Assembly (NCBI RefSeq): GCF_001545095.1
Contig: NZ_CP013213.1
Coordinates: forward strand, 840,001-872,000
Direction of reading: 5' to 3'
Origin: Erysipelothrix larvae
GTDB taxonomy: Bacteria; Bacillota_I; Bacilli_A; Erysipelotrichales; Erysipelotrichaceae
Length of the DNA stretch: 32,000 nt
The position numbers and the translations under genes were made by a program. Below are positions 8,604 to 19,416 of this stretch, piece after piece. The notes beneath the pieces were generated by a model. That model saw nothing but the letters and a program-made list of their open reading frames with translations. It made no database searches and was not told the origin of the DNA. Every line of letters begins with the position of its first letter. Within the stretch, counting starts at the first letter, position 1.

Positions 8604-8649
8604 AAAAAAACACCGCCTTCATTGATCGTATTAAAATGAATGGTGGTGT
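8604..8649 (-). terminator. rho-independent terminator of the M24 peptidase gene (possibly bidirectional)
   Basis: ACACCGCCTTCATT (8610-8623) pairs with AATGAATGGTGGTGT (8635-8649), giving 14 bp with one bulge and one G-U. On the minus strand it is followed by TTTTTTT (8604-8610). Confidence 0.6.
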
Positions 8650-8711
8650 TTGTCTTTGTTTGATTAAGTCACCTCAAAACAGAGTGTGTCTTGAAGCATC
8701 GTCTTATAGTA

Positions 8712-9761
8712 CTAAAGTCTGTTTTCTTCAAGTCCTTTTGGAAAGGTGTTGATTACATCACATCCATCCGATGTGACGATTACCAAGTCTTCGATTCGAA
8801 TTCCGCCCAATCCTTTCACGTAAATTCCAGGTTCGATTGAAAAACACATGCCATCTTGAACAATCGTATCATTGGATGAAGATACATCCAAGGTTTCATG
8901 ACATTCAATCCCAATGCCATGGCCTGTTCGATGAATAAACTGTGCACCATATCCTGCCTGAGTGATTACATCCCGAGCTGCCTTATCAATATCTGACAAC
9001 TTAACCCCTGGTTTAACTGTATCTATTGCAGCAAGATTTGCCTTAAGCACAATGTGATAAAGTGTTTCAAGTTCAGGGTTTGAACCATAGAAAAAGGTGC
9101 GGGTCATATCTGAACAATAATGGTTATAAATACCACCCATGTCGACTAAGATTGCATCGCCTTTTTTTAACGTGCGGTTACTTGGGAGTCCATGGGGATT
9201 TGCAATGTTTTCTGAGAAAAGGACAATCGGTGTGAAACTTGGACCACTGAGTGGATGTGTACTTTGTTGTTTAAGAATTATGTCTGCAAGTTCACGCTCA
9301 CTGACGCCTTCTTTAAAAAGGGGAACGAGGGATGCCATGATGTCATCGTTAAGTTTTGATGCATGGCGCAAAGCGTCTTGTTCTTCTTTTGTTTTGATGG
9401 CACGTTGTGATTCAATTAAATAAGAACCATCAACAAAGGTTCTGCCTTGTCTAAAGAGCGGAAGTAAAAACTTTGCACTAAATCCGCCATCTACCGCAAT
9501 CGCTCCGGTTTGAGGGAGGGCATCACTTAAGAGCGTTTTAATATCGTCACTGTCTTTGAATGCCACTGTTTGAATTGATGTTTTATTCTCAAACATTTCA
9601 TTGAGAAACAGAACGGGTGCTTTGTCTTTATTAATAATAAGTGCTAAAAGACGTTCGCCCACATCAAATTCTTGACCAATGTAATAGTAGATAGAAATTG
9701 GGTTTGATATAATCATTGCGTCTTGAGATAAAGTATTTTTGAGATGATCAATGCGTGTCAT
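8712..9761 (-). CDS. M24B family Xaa-Pro aminopeptidase/dipeptidase
   Basis: 349 aa. Metal-ligand motifs of the pita-bread fold are present: VDMGGIYNHYCSDMTRT, HRTGHGIGIECHE and EPGIY..GLGGIRIED. SD AAAAGGAGA. Confidence 0.9.
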   Translation of the reverse strand: MTRIDHLKNTLSQDAMIISNPISIYYYIGQEFDVGERLLALIINKDKAPVLFLNEMFENKTSIQTVAFKDSDDIKTLLSDALPQTGAIAVDGGFSAKFLLPLFRQGRTFVDGSYLIESQRAIKTKEEQDALRHASKLNDDIMASLVPLFKEGVSERELADIILKQQSTHPLSGPSFTPIVLFSENIANPHGLPSNRTLKKGDAILVDMGGIYNHYCSDMTRTFFYGSNPELETLYHIVLKANLAAIDTVKPGVKLSDIDKAARDVITQAGYGAQFIHRTGHGIGIECHETLDVSSSNDTIVQDGMCFSIEPGIYVKGLGGIRIEDLVIVTSDGCDVINTFPKGLEENRL

Positions 9762-9810
9762 ATAAGTCTCCTTTTTATTTTATGGTATAATGTACTTAGA
9801 GGTGATATCG

Positions 9811-10167
9811 ATGGTAAAAGATCAAGAACGTTTTACGATTGTTATTAGTAACGGTAACTTATCGACCGGTCCTCAACTCGTGTTGCCATCGTTTAGACCA
9901 ATTAGTCTTTATGAGATTGAAGATGATTTCGATCAGCTAACACAAGAGGTAGAAGTCGGTGTGAGTGATGAGATGATTCGAAATGAAATGATTGAATTTC
10001 TCAGTGCGTTTAAAGAAGCATTGAGACTTAAAAATGTATTGCCACTTGTTGACTACTTTGTGATGAATCATGGTGGCCGTGTTAATATGGAACAAATCAA
10101 ACCAGCATTTGATGCGCTCAGTGAGCTCATTGATACTGTTACGGATTCCAATCGTAGGATGAATTAG
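9811..10167 (+). CDS. hypothetical acidic protein
   Basis: The track ORF begins at 9790, but that ATG lies inside an extended -10 element (TGGTATAAT, 9783-9791). The ATG at 9811 has SD GAGGTGA 5 nt upstream. 118 aa, with no family recognised. Confidence 0.6.
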   Translation: MVKDQERFTIVISNGNLSTGPQLVLPSFRPISLYEIEDDFDQLTQEVEVGVSDEMIRNEMIEFLSAFKEALRLKNVLPLVDYFVMNHGGRVNMEQIKPAFDALSELIDTVTDSNRRMN

Positions 10168-10574
10168 GGAGAGACTGTGTTCTCTTCTTTTATTTTGTCC
10201 AACTGAAGGGTGAGTGCATGAATTGAAATGTGGAGTTCTTTTACAAGATATCCAAGCGAAACCAATAAAAACAATAAGCTGATTCCAAATACATAAGGGG
10301 CATAAGGAAGTGCGCCTTTTATCATAATCATAAGCATACTCATGACAGCAAACGTGAAGGCAAGTGCACCCCATATTTGCATAGCGCGTATTAACTTCAT
10401 GCGGTGTTGAAGATTTTTAATCTGTTCTAAAACATTAGGATCATTTTTTCGTTCCTGTTCTTTCGCCAGATCTCTAACGAGTCCTGCCAACGTTAAAAAT
10501 CGATTTGTGTAAGCGAGCATTAACAGCGAAATCGCAGGGAAAATTAATGCTGGCGTTTGTAATGTGAATTCCAT
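10164..10574 (-). CDS. DUF2721-family membrane protein
   Basis: MEFTLQTPALIFPAISLLMLAYTNRFLTLAGLVRDL.. matches the conserved DUF2721 N-terminus. SD AAAGGAG lies 6 nt before the ATG at 10572-10574. The 205-aa track ORF is an unsupported upstream extension that would overlap the lplA start. Confidence 0.7.
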   Translation of the reverse strand: MEFTLQTPALIFPAISLLMLAYTNRFLTLAGLVRDLAKEQERKNDPNVLEQIKNLQHRMKLIRAMQIWGALAFTFAVMSMLMIMIKGALPYAPYVFGISLLFLLVSLGYLVKELHISIHALTLQLDKIKEENTVSP

Positions 10575-10598
10575 AACATACTCCTTTACAATGTTTGC

Positions 10599-10627
10599 TT
10601 GCATAATAACATTATTATACCTAAAAT
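10599..10627 (+). promoter_or_regulatory. candidate sigma-A promoter for lplA
   Basis: TTGCAT (10599-10604), 17-nt spacer, TAAAAT (10622-10627). Confidence 0.35.
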
Positions 10628-10653
10628 AGGAGGTGAGATAAAGGAGGCTTGCG

Positions 10654-11664
10654 ATGAAGTTTTTAAGAAATGAATCAACAAATCCATATTTCAACTTAGC
10701 GTTGGATGAGTATGCAATGAAATATATTGATGAAGATGAGGACTTTTTCTTCTTATGGCAAAATGAACCCTCAGTCATCATCGGTAAAAATCAAAATGCA
10801 TCGGAGGAAATCAATCAGCGTTTTATTGATGAACGTGGAATTCATGTTGCGCGTCGCGTATCAGGGGGCGGTGCGGTTTATCATGATTTTGGAAATCTTA
10901 ACTTTACCATCATCACTAAAGTCGATGATCCAGGGAAAGTGAACTATAAAAAGTATGTACAACCTGTGATTGATGCCTTAAAGGCAATGGGTGTTGAAGC
11001 ACAAGCATCAGGAAGAAATGACATTCTTATTGATGGTTTAAAGATCTCGGGAAATGCACAACGGATGGCAAATGGTCGACTCATGCATCATGGAACATTG
11101 ATTTATGATGTCAATATCGAAGATATGGTAAAAGCGCTTAATGTTGCACCGGATAAATTTGTATCAAAAGGCGTTAAATCAGTACGCTCACGTGTCACGA
11201 CTATTAAAGAACATTTACCAAAGGATACAACACTTCAGAGTTTTTGGGATGAACTGCATTATTATCTATCAAATCATGGACAAGATGAAGAAATAATACT
11301 TTCAGAAAAAGACATTGCGGCAATTGAGTTTGAAGCGTTAAATCGTTTTTCAACGTGGGATTGGATTTATGGGCAATCTCCTGAGTTTAATTATGTCAAC
11401 TCCCGACGATTTACAGGCGGCAAACTTGAAACAAATCTTGAAGTAGAAGAAGGTAGAATCAAACACTGTCGGTTTATCGGTGATTATCTTGGACTTCATG
11501 ATGTTGCGGATGTTGAAGCGCGTTTGGTCGGCGTTCGCTATAAAGAAACCGATGTAAAAGCATGTTTAGAACAGTTTGATATGAAGACATATTTTGGATT
11601 AATTACCCTTGACGAAATCCTAAATTTGATGTTTGAGAATTCGTTAACACACGAGTCAGTTTAA
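10654..11664 (+). CDS. lplA: lipoate-protein ligase
   Basis: 336 aa. N-terminus ..NPYFNLALDEY.., RRVSGGGAVYHDFGNLNF and the KISGNAQ lysine motif are typical of LplA/LplJ. It lies immediately upstream of the lipoyl-dependent PDH operon. Confidence 0.9.
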   Translation: MKFLRNESTNPYFNLALDEYAMKYIDEDEDFFFLWQNEPSVIIGKNQNASEEINQRFIDERGIHVARRVSGGGAVYHDFGNLNFTIITKVDDPGKVNYKKYVQPVIDALKAMGVEAQASGRNDILIDGLKISGNAQRMANGRLMHHGTLIYDVNIEDMVKALNVAPDKFVSKGVKSVRSRVTTIKEHLPKDTTLQSFWDELHYYLSNHGQDEEIILSEKDIAAIEFEALNRFSTWDWIYGQSPEFNYVNSRRFTGGKLETNLEVEEGRIKHCRFIGDYLGLHDVADVEARLVGVRYKETDVKACLEQFDMKTYFGLITLDEILNLMFENSLTHESV

Positions 11665-11739
11665 TTCAAGGCACTATCGTTGAAACCCTGCTGTTTAAAT
11701 GATTAAATATGAATATATGGTCTAAAAAACGACCTATGA

Positions 11740-12875
<1,136 letters not shown>

Positions 12876-12876
<1 letters not shown>

Positions 12877-13856
12877 TGGCACAGCTAACAATGATTCAAG
12901 CCATTACACAAGCGCTTGATATTGCCTTAGAACGTGATGAAAACACATTAATCTTTGGTGAAGACGTAGGACTAAACGGAGGCGTTTTCCGGGCAACAGA
13001 AGGTCTACAAGCAAAACATGGCGAAGACCGCGTATTCAATACTCCGCTTGCGGAATCTGGAATCGGTGGACTTGCAATTGGTTTAGCGCTTGAAAAATAC
13101 CGTCCAATTCCTGAAATTCAATTCTTTGGATTTGTTTTCGAAGTGATGGACTCAATCGTCGCACAAATGGCACGTACTCGTTATCGTTTAGGCGGTACAC
13201 GTCATATGCCAATTACCATTCGTTCACCATTTGGTGGTGGTGTTCATACACCGGAATTACACTCTGATAACCTTGAAGGGTTAATGGCTCATTCACCAGG
13301 ACTTCGTGTTGTAATCCCAAGTAACCCATACGATGCAAAAGGACTTTTACTTGCATCCATTGAAAATAATGACCCGGTTGTCTATTTAGAACACATGAAG
13401 CTATACCGTTCATTCCGTGAAGAAGTGCCTGAGGGATACTACACAGTACCTTTAGACAAAGCAAACGTTTCCCTAGAAGGAAACGATATAACCATCGTAA
13501 CGTATGGATATATGGTACGTGAAGCACTAAAAGCAAGTGAAAAACTAAAAGCAGAAGGAATTTCTGTTGAAGTAATTGACTTACGTACTGTGCAACCACT
13601 TGATATCAATACAATTGTGAAATCAGTTGAAAAAACTGGACGCTTAGTGGTTGTTCAAGAAGCACAACGTCAAGCAGGTGTAGGTGCTGCAGTGATGGCT
13701 GAAATCGCTGAACGTGCGATTTTAAACCTAAAAGCACCAATTGGTCGTGTTGCAGCTCCGGATACAATATTCCCATTTGGTTTAGCTGAACATGATTGGC
13801 TACCAAATGAAGAAGATATCATTGCAAAAGTTAAAGAAATCGTAGCTTTTGATTAA
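12876..13856 (+). CDS. pdhB: pyruvate dehydrogenase E1 component beta subunit
   Basis: 326 aa. Transketolase-like pyrimidine-binding and C-terminal domains ([22 protein letters not shown]). The ATG overlaps the pdhA stop. Confidence 0.95.
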
Positions 13857-13867
13857 GGAGGAGAAAT

Positions 13868-15475
13868 ATGTCATTCGTATTTAAAATGCCAGATGTTGGC
13901 GAAGGCATCGCTGAAGGCGAAATCGTACAATGGTTCGTTAAAGAAGGCGATACAATTACAGAAGATGCACCCTTATTAGAAGTGCAAAATGATAAATTAC
14001 TACAAGAAGTTCCTTCTCCTGTTAGTGGAACCATCACGAAAATTTTAGTTCCAGCAGGAACAATCGCAACCGTTGGTGATCCATTGATCGAAATTGAAGC
14101 TCAAGGACATGCAAGTGCTCCTGAAGCACCAAAACAAGCAGACCCTGCGCCAAGTGTTCCTGCACCAAGTGCACCTGCATCAAGTGGGGCATCATTCACA
14201 TTCCATTTACCAGATGTTGGTGAAGGGATTGCGGAAGGTGAAATTGTACAATGGTTTGTTAAAGAGGGTGAGCGTGTATCTGAAGATGCACCACTCCTTG
14301 AAGTACAAAATGATAAATTAGTTCAAGAAATCCCATCACCAGTGAATGGGGTTGTCGCAAAAATCTTAGTTCAACCTGGAACGGTTGCAACTGTCGGCGA
14401 TGCACTTGTTGAAATTTCAGGTGCAAGTGGACACGGTCTTCAAGATGCTGGTGCACACGTACCAACACCACAAGCACCTGCAGTTCAACCTACAGAAAAC
14501 TCAGTTTCACATGCAAGTAATACAGTTGCAGGACGTGTTTTGGCACTTCCTTCAGTCCGTCAATACGCACGTGAAAAAGGCGTAGACTTAACACAAGTCG
14601 CTTCAACAGGTAAACATGGTCATGTTACAAAGAAAGATGTTGATGCATTCTTAGGTGGTGCACGTCCTGAAACTCAGACAGCACCTACTCAAACTGCTTC
14701 AGCTCCAACCACAACAGTGGCTGCTGCACCTGTTAAAGTTGAGGCACCTGCTGTTGCTGTAGTCACAACAGGAAATGTAACCCGTGAAAAAATGACACCA
14801 ACACGTAAAGCAATTGCGAAAGCAATGCTTAACTCTAAGTCAAAAGCACCACATGTTACACTCTTTGATGAAGTTGAAGTATCAAAACTTGTTGCTCATC
14901 GCAAACGTTTCAAAGACGTTGCAGCGCAACAAGATGTCAAATTAACATTCCTTCCATACATTGTGAAAGCACTCGTAGCTGTAGTTCGTAAATATCCAGT
15001 GCTCAATGCAAGTGTTGATGAAGTAAATGAAGAAATAGTATACAAAAACTTCTACAATATTGGAATTGCTGCTGATACACCTCATGGACTTTATGTGCCA
15101 AATGTTAAAGATGCTGATAAGAAAGGAATCTTTACCGTTGCTAATGAAATTAATACACTTGCTAAAGCTGCCAATGATGGTAAGTTAGCGGGTCCAGATA
15201 TGCGTGATGGTACCATTACAATTAGTAATATTGGTTCAGCACGTGGCTTATGGTTTACACCGATCATTAACTTCCCAGAAGTCGCAATTCTTGGTGTAGG
15301 ACGTATAGAAAAGAAACCTGTAATTCTTGAAGATGGTACTGTAGGAGTTGGACAAATGCTCGCATTGTCGTTAAGTTTTGATCACCGCATTATTGATGGT
15401 ATGACTGCTCAAAATGCAATGAACGAACTTAAGCGCTTATTGAGTGAACCCGAACTTCTCTTAATGGAGGTGTAA
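13868..15475 (+). CDS. pdhC: dihydrolipoamide acetyltransferase E2 with two lipoyl domains
   Basis: 535 aa. Two lipoyl domains (each with EVQNDK lipoyl-lysine), Ala/Pro linkers, a peripheral subunit-binding domain ([17 protein letters not shown]) and a catalytic domain with DHRIIDG. Confidence 0.95.
   Translation: MSFVFKMPDVGEGIAEGEIVQWFVKEGDTITEDAPLLEVQNDKLLQEVPSPVSGTITKILVPAGTIATVGDPLIEIEAQGHASAPEAPKQADPAPSVPAPSAPASSGASFTFHLPDVGEGIAEGEIVQWFVKEGERVSEDAPLLEVQNDKLVQEIPSPVNGVVAKILVQPGTVATVGDALVEISGASGHGLQDAGAHVPTPQAPAVQPTENSVSHASNTVAGRVLALPSVRQYAREKGVDLTQVASTGKHGHVTKKDVDAFLGGARPETQTAPTQTASAPTTTVAAAPVKVEAPAVAVVTTGNVTREKMTPTRKAIAKAMLNSKSKAPHVTLFDEVEVSKLVAHRKRFKDVAAQQDVKLTFLPYIVKALVAVVRKYPVLNASVDEVNEEIVYKNFYNIGIAADTPHGLYVPNVKDADKKGIFTVANEINTLAKAANDGKLAGPDMRDGTITISNIGSARGLWFTPIINFPEVAILGVGRIEKKPVILEDGTVGVGQMLALSLSFDHRIIDGMTAQNAMNELKRLLSEPELLLMEV
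13871..14419 (+). repeat. tandem intragenic duplication encoding the two lipoyl domains of E2
   Basis: Residues 2-76 and 110-184 are near-identical at protein level (..[38 protein letters not shown]...KILV..GT.ATVGD.L.EI). The DNA copies differ mostly at third codon positions. Confidence 0.7.
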
Positions 15476-15479
15476 TTGT

Positions 15480-16886
15480 ATGGTAGTTGGAGATTTAGCT
15501 TTAGAGCTTGAAACAGTTGTGATTGGATCAGGTCCTGGTGGTTATGTTGCGGCAATTCGTGCAGCACAAATGGGACAAAAAGTCGCAATAATTGAAAAAG
15601 ATGCAATTGGTGGTGTATGTCTTAATGTTGGGTGTATTCCATCAAAAGCACTGATTAATGCAGGACATCGATTCCAAGAAGCGCAACACTCAGAAACATT
15701 TGGTGTCAGTGCTGAAGGTGTAAAACTTGATTTTACCCAAACTCAAAAATGGAAAGATGAAAAAGTTGTTAAAACACTGACTAAAGGTGTTGAAATGCTT
15801 TTAAAGAAAAACAAAGTTGAAATTATTCGTGGAACAGCATTCTTTAATGATACCAATCAACTGCGTGTTGTAACGGATGAAACAGCGCAATCGTATACCT
15901 TTAAACATGCAATTATCGCAACAGGAAGCCGTCCAATTGAAATTAAAGGCTTCAAATTTGGAAAACGCATTTTAGATTCAACCGGTGGCTTAAACCTTAA
16001 AGAAGTGCCTAAGAAATTGGTTGTTATTGGTGGCGGATATATTGGGAGTGAACTCGCGGGTGCTTATGCAAACTTAGGTGCAGAAGTGACGATTCTTGAA
16101 GGACTTCCATCAATTCTTGCACAATTTGATGCAGACATGACAAAACTTGCTGTTGATAACTTCAAGAAAAAAGGCGTTACGATTGTAACCAATGCTATGG
16201 CAAAAAATGCCGTTGAAAATGATAAGGGTGTTTCAGTAACCTATGAAGCTGAAGGGAAAGAACATACCATTGAAGCAGACTATGTTATGGTTACAGTAGG
16301 TCGTCGTCCAAATACCGATGATTTAGGACTTGAAGTAGCCCGTATTGAAACTACAGATCGTGGACTCATTAAAGTCGATAAACAAGGGCGTACGAGTCAA
16401 CATCATATTTTTGCAATCGGAGACATTACACCAGGGCTTGCTTTAGCACACAAAGCTTCCTATGAAGCGAAAATTGCTGCAGAAGCTATTTCTGGTAAAC
16501 CTGTAGAAATTGACTATGTTGCAATGCCTGCTGTATGTTTTACAGATCCAGAACTTGCAACTGTGGGACTTACTGAAAAAGAAGCAAAAGAACAAGGACT
16601 AAATGTTAAAGTATCGAAGTTCCCATTTGGAGCAAACGGTCGTGCATTGTCTCTCAATGCAACTGAAGGATTTGTTCGTCTAGTTTCTGAAGCAGATACA
16701 GGCTTGTTATTAGGTGGTCAAGTTGCAGGTGTCGGTGCATCAGATCTAATTGGTGAACTTGCTGTTGCAGTTGAATCACGTTTGAATGTCGAAGACATCG
16801 CATTAACAATCCATGCACACCCAACATTGGGTGAAACCATCATGGACGCAACTGAAATTGCACTTGGATTACCAATTCACGTCTAA
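15480..16886 (+). CDS. pdhD: dihydrolipoyl dehydrogenase E3
   Basis: 468 aa. FAD motif GSGPGGY, redox disulfide [16 protein letters not shown] motif GGGYIGSE, and a C-terminal HAHPTLGE. Confidence 0.95.
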   Translation: MVVGDLALELETVVIGSGPGGYVAAIRAAQMGQKVAIIEKDAIGGVCLNVGCIPSKALINAGHRFQEAQHSETFGVSAEGVKLDFTQTQKWKDEKVVKTLTKGVEMLLKKNKVEIIRGTAFFNDTNQLRVVTDETAQSYTFKHAIIATGSRPIEIKGFKFGKRILDSTGGLNLKEVPKKLVVIGGGYIGSELAGAYANLGAEVTILEGLPSILAQFDADMTKLAVDNFKKKGVTIVTNAMAKNAVENDKGVSVTYEAEGKEHTIEADYVMVTVGRRPNTDDLGLEVARIETTDRGLIKVDKQGRTSQHHIFAIGDITPGLALAHKASYEAKIAAEAISGKPVEIDYVAMPAVCFTDPELATVGLTEKEAKEQGLNVKVSKFPFGANGRALSLNATEGFVRLVSEADTGLLLGGQVAGVGASDLIGELAVAVESRLNVEDIALTIHAHPTLGETIMDATEIALGLPIHV

Positions 16887-16906
16887 TATTGATTTAAAAC
16901 ATTGAC

Positions 16907-16960
16907 AAAAGGAGCTTTTTGTAAATGGGAATTAACCCTCATTTCCAAGGCTCCTTTTTC
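16907..16960 (+). terminator. rho-independent terminator of the pdh operon
   Basis: AAAAGGAGC (16907-16915) pairs with GCTCCTTTT (16950-16958). An inner helix (AAATGGG with CCCtCATTT) lies inside, and a T-rich tail follows. Confidence 0.55.
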
Positions 16961-17391
16961 TATATATATAGGGAACTCACATCTTGCGTTAAAAAAGTCC
17001 CGATTCTTGTAGGAAAAAATCCAATTTTTGACTTCGATGGTCAAAATTGTTGAACCCTCCCGATCTATACATCAGACAAATGAGGGTGATTGATATCATA
17101 GTACTTCGATAAATTAATAACAATATGTGGTGAAAGGACAAAAATTGAGCATAAATCAGTATAAATGATTTCAATATCAGCAATAAATCAAGGTTATTGA
17201 CATAAAAATACTTGAATTTAATAAAATAATTTTTTCACATAAAGAAAGTGTTGTAAGGGGATCATTTTGGTATTGATGCGAAAGACACTGTATAAAAAAT
17301 ATTGATAAAGGCACTAAATAGTGTGTTTTGTGAACTTTCTGTGAAATCATCGATAATGAAACTGTTGATTTATAAGGACAAATTATGAAAC

Positions 17392-17406
17392 AATTTTCAG
17401 AATATT
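17392..17406. promoter_or_regulatory. CodY-box-like motif upstream of the peptide ABC operon
   Basis: AATTTTCAGAATATT matches the Firmicutes CodY consensus AATTTTCWGAAAATT at 14 of 15 positions. It lies about 45 nt upstream of the predicted -35. Chance matches are possible in AT-rich DNA. Confidence 0.3.
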
Positions 17407-17450
17407 TTTGTAAAAAAATTACATTCTTTTGAATTGTCTATGAAAAAGCG

Positions 17451-17478
17451 TTGACTTTTGATTTCAATAGTATATAAT
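17451..17478 (+). promoter_or_regulatory. candidate sigma-A promoter of the ABC importer operon
   Basis: TTGACT (17451-17456), 16-nt spacer, TATAAT (17473-17478). It lies 49 nt upstream of the ATG, with SD AAGGAGGAG. Confidence 0.5.
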
Positions 17479-17526
17479 AAATTTCATACAGAACGACAAC
17501 TGTATTGATTTCTAAGGAGGAGAATT

Positions 17527-19326
17527 ATGAAGAAATTACTAGCCGTATTTCTATCAGCACTTCTTGTCTTAACAGGATGCGGTGGCTCAGGTACTGCACT
17601 TGTTGAAGATCAAAGCGCTGAAACATTTACGATCGGTGTTCCTGCGGCAATAAACGGAAGTTTTGTTCCAGGTTTCACAAATAGCTCATATGATCTTTGG
17701 ATCATGAATGCATTGTATGGATATGGTGTTTACTATAACGACCGCGACACAGGTGAATATAAAGTAAACCCAACAGTAGCAACTGAAGAAGTTACTGAAA
17801 ATGCTGATGGTAGCAAGACATACACATTCACAATCAAAGATGGTCTTAAATATTCTGATGGTGAAGCTGTAACTGCTAAGGATTATGTATTCCAAGTATT
17901 ATGGCGTGCTTCAAAAGCATGGAACTCACAAGCAACTCTTGATGCTTCAGTTTGGAAAGAAATCGTTGGTTATGCAGACTATCAAGCTGGTGGAGAATTC
18001 ACTGGTGTTAAATTAGTTGATGACAAAACATTCTCATTAACAATCGATGGTGAATACCTACCTTACTTCTATGAAAAAGCTTATGTAGCTGCTTCACCTT
18101 ATCCATCACATGTTTACTTCCCAGGTATGAAGTTAAATGCTGATGGTAACAAGTTTGAAAATACAGATGCAGAAATTGTTGCTGCTGTAGATCAAGTTGC
18201 TACAAAAGAACGTTTTGCTCCAACAATCTCATGGGGACCTTACAAATTTGTAAGTAACCAAGACAGTGTTGTAACATTAGACCTAAATGCTGAATACGCT
18301 GGAAACTATGAAGGTGCTAAAGCAGAAATCGGTAAATTAGTATTCCGTGAAGTAGATTCATCACAAGCTGTTGATGCACTAAAACGTGGCGAAATTGATA
18401 TTTCTGCTGGTAACGTTGAGGGAGATTACATCAATGAAGTAAGAGCTGAAGATAGCGGCCTTGCATTCACAAGCTACCCACGTAACGGTTACGGAATGAT
18501 TTCATTCAAAACACAAAAAACTACAACTGCTGTTAAAGAAGTACGTCAAGCTGTTGGTTACTTACTAAACCGTAACGCATTTGTTGAATCAATCGCTGGT
18601 GGATATGGTAAAGTTGTTGACGGTCCTTACGGATTATCATCATGGTTCTACCAAGAACGTTCAGAAGAAATTACAAATGTTATTAATCAATATGCATTAA
18701 ACGTTTCTAAAGCTACTGAATTACTTGATAGCACTGACTATATTTACAATGAAGATGGATCAACTCCATGGGATTCAGCTAAGAGCACATACCGCTACAA
18801 TAAAGCTGGTGAGCAATTAGTAATCTACCATGCTGGTTCAGAAAACAACCAAGTTACAGACTTGATTAATAGTACTTTAGTACCAAATGCTAAAGAAGTT
18901 GGTATTAACTATGTTATCGACTACCTACCATTTAGTACTCTATTGAACTACTACTATGGATTAGAAGAAAACAAATATGGCGCATTCAACTTGGCTTCAG
19001 GATTTACTGCAATTTATGACCGTGAATCAGAATTGTCAATGTATGCAGATGTTGAGTCAATCAACACAAGCCAAATCAACAGCCCAGAACTTGATGCAAC
19101 AATCAACAAGATGAGATTCTTAGATTCTGCAGAACGTGATGCTTTCGCTGATGCATTTGTTGAGTATGTTGATCTATGGAATGATATCTTACCAGAACTT
19201 CCATTGTACTCAAATGAATACCATGACTTCTTCACAAAACGTGTAACTGGTTATGATGGTAAGATCACTTCACTAAGTGACTTCTCAGAAAACTTCGAGT
19301 ACCTACGTATTCAAAATGTAGATTAA
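17527..19326 (+). CDS. ABC transporter substrate-binding lipoprotein, family 5 (peptide/nickel, OppA/DppA-like)
   Basis: 599 aa. Signal peptide with lipobox LLVLTGC. Size and motif layout are those of cluster-C (SBP_bac_5) binding proteins. Confidence 0.9.
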   Translation: MKKLLAVFLSALLVLTGCGGSGTALVEDQSAETFTIGVPAAINGSFVPGFTNSSYDLWIMNALYGYGVYYNDRDTGEYKVNPTVATEEVTENADGSKTYTFTIKDGLKYSDGEAVTAKDYVFQVLWRASKAWNSQATLDASVWKEIVGYADYQAGGEFTGVKLVDDKTFSLTIDGEYLPYFYEKAYVAASPYPSHVYFPGMKLNADGNKFENTDAEIVAAVDQVATKERFAPTISWGPYKFVSNQDSVVTLDLNAEYAGNYEGAKAEIGKLVFREVDSSQAVDALKRGEIDISAGNVEGDYINEVRAEDSGLAFTSYPRNGYGMISFKTQKTTTAVKEVRQAVGYLLNRNAFVESIAGGYGKVVDGPYGLSSWFYQERSEEITNVINQYALNVSKATELLDSTDYIYNEDGSTPWDSAKSTYRYNKAGEQLVIYHAGSENNQVTDLINSTLVPNAKEVGINYVIDYLPFSTLLNYYYGLEENKYGAFNLASGFTAIYDRESELSMYADVESINTSQINSPELDATINKMRFLDSAERDAFADAFVEYVDLWNDILPELPLYSNEYHDFFTKRVTGYDGKITSLSDFSENFEYLRIQNVD

Positions 19327-19361
19327 TCCTCTTTCTTAGAGGCAATTAAATAAGTGGTGAT

Positions 19362-19400
19362 TAGGAAGTGATTGTTACAGTTACTTCCTATCATTTTGTT
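19362..19400 (+). terminator. intra-operon hairpin (partial terminator/mRNA stabiliser) after the binding-protein gene
   Basis: TAGGAAGT (19362-19369) pairs with ACTTCCTA (19383-19390) across a 13-nt loop, followed by TCATTTTGTT. It sits between the SBP and permease genes. Confidence 0.4.
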
Positions 19401-19416
19401 ATAAAGGAGAATTAAA

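Noticed and set aside
10575-10781. The N-terminal 69 codons of the 205-aa minus-strand ORF (10164-10781).
   Set aside because: The extension is low-complexity (KKKKSSSSS), overlaps the lplA start and promoter, and has no SD. The internal ATG at 10574 has a strong SD and begins the conserved DUF2721 N-terminus.
16989-17183. A 64-aa minus-strand ORF in the long pdhD to ABC operon spacer.
   Set aside because: It has no SD, an AT-rich low-complexity translation (I/L/F-rich), and would run antisense to the operon leader.
17385-17432. A 15-codon upstream ORF (MKQFSEYFCKKITFF) with a weak AAGGA SD, overlapping the CodY-like box. I considered it as a possible leader peptide.
   Set aside because: It lies upstream of the predicted promoter rather than in the transcribed leader, and such short ORFs arise readily in AT-rich DNA. 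It is not supportable from sequence alone.
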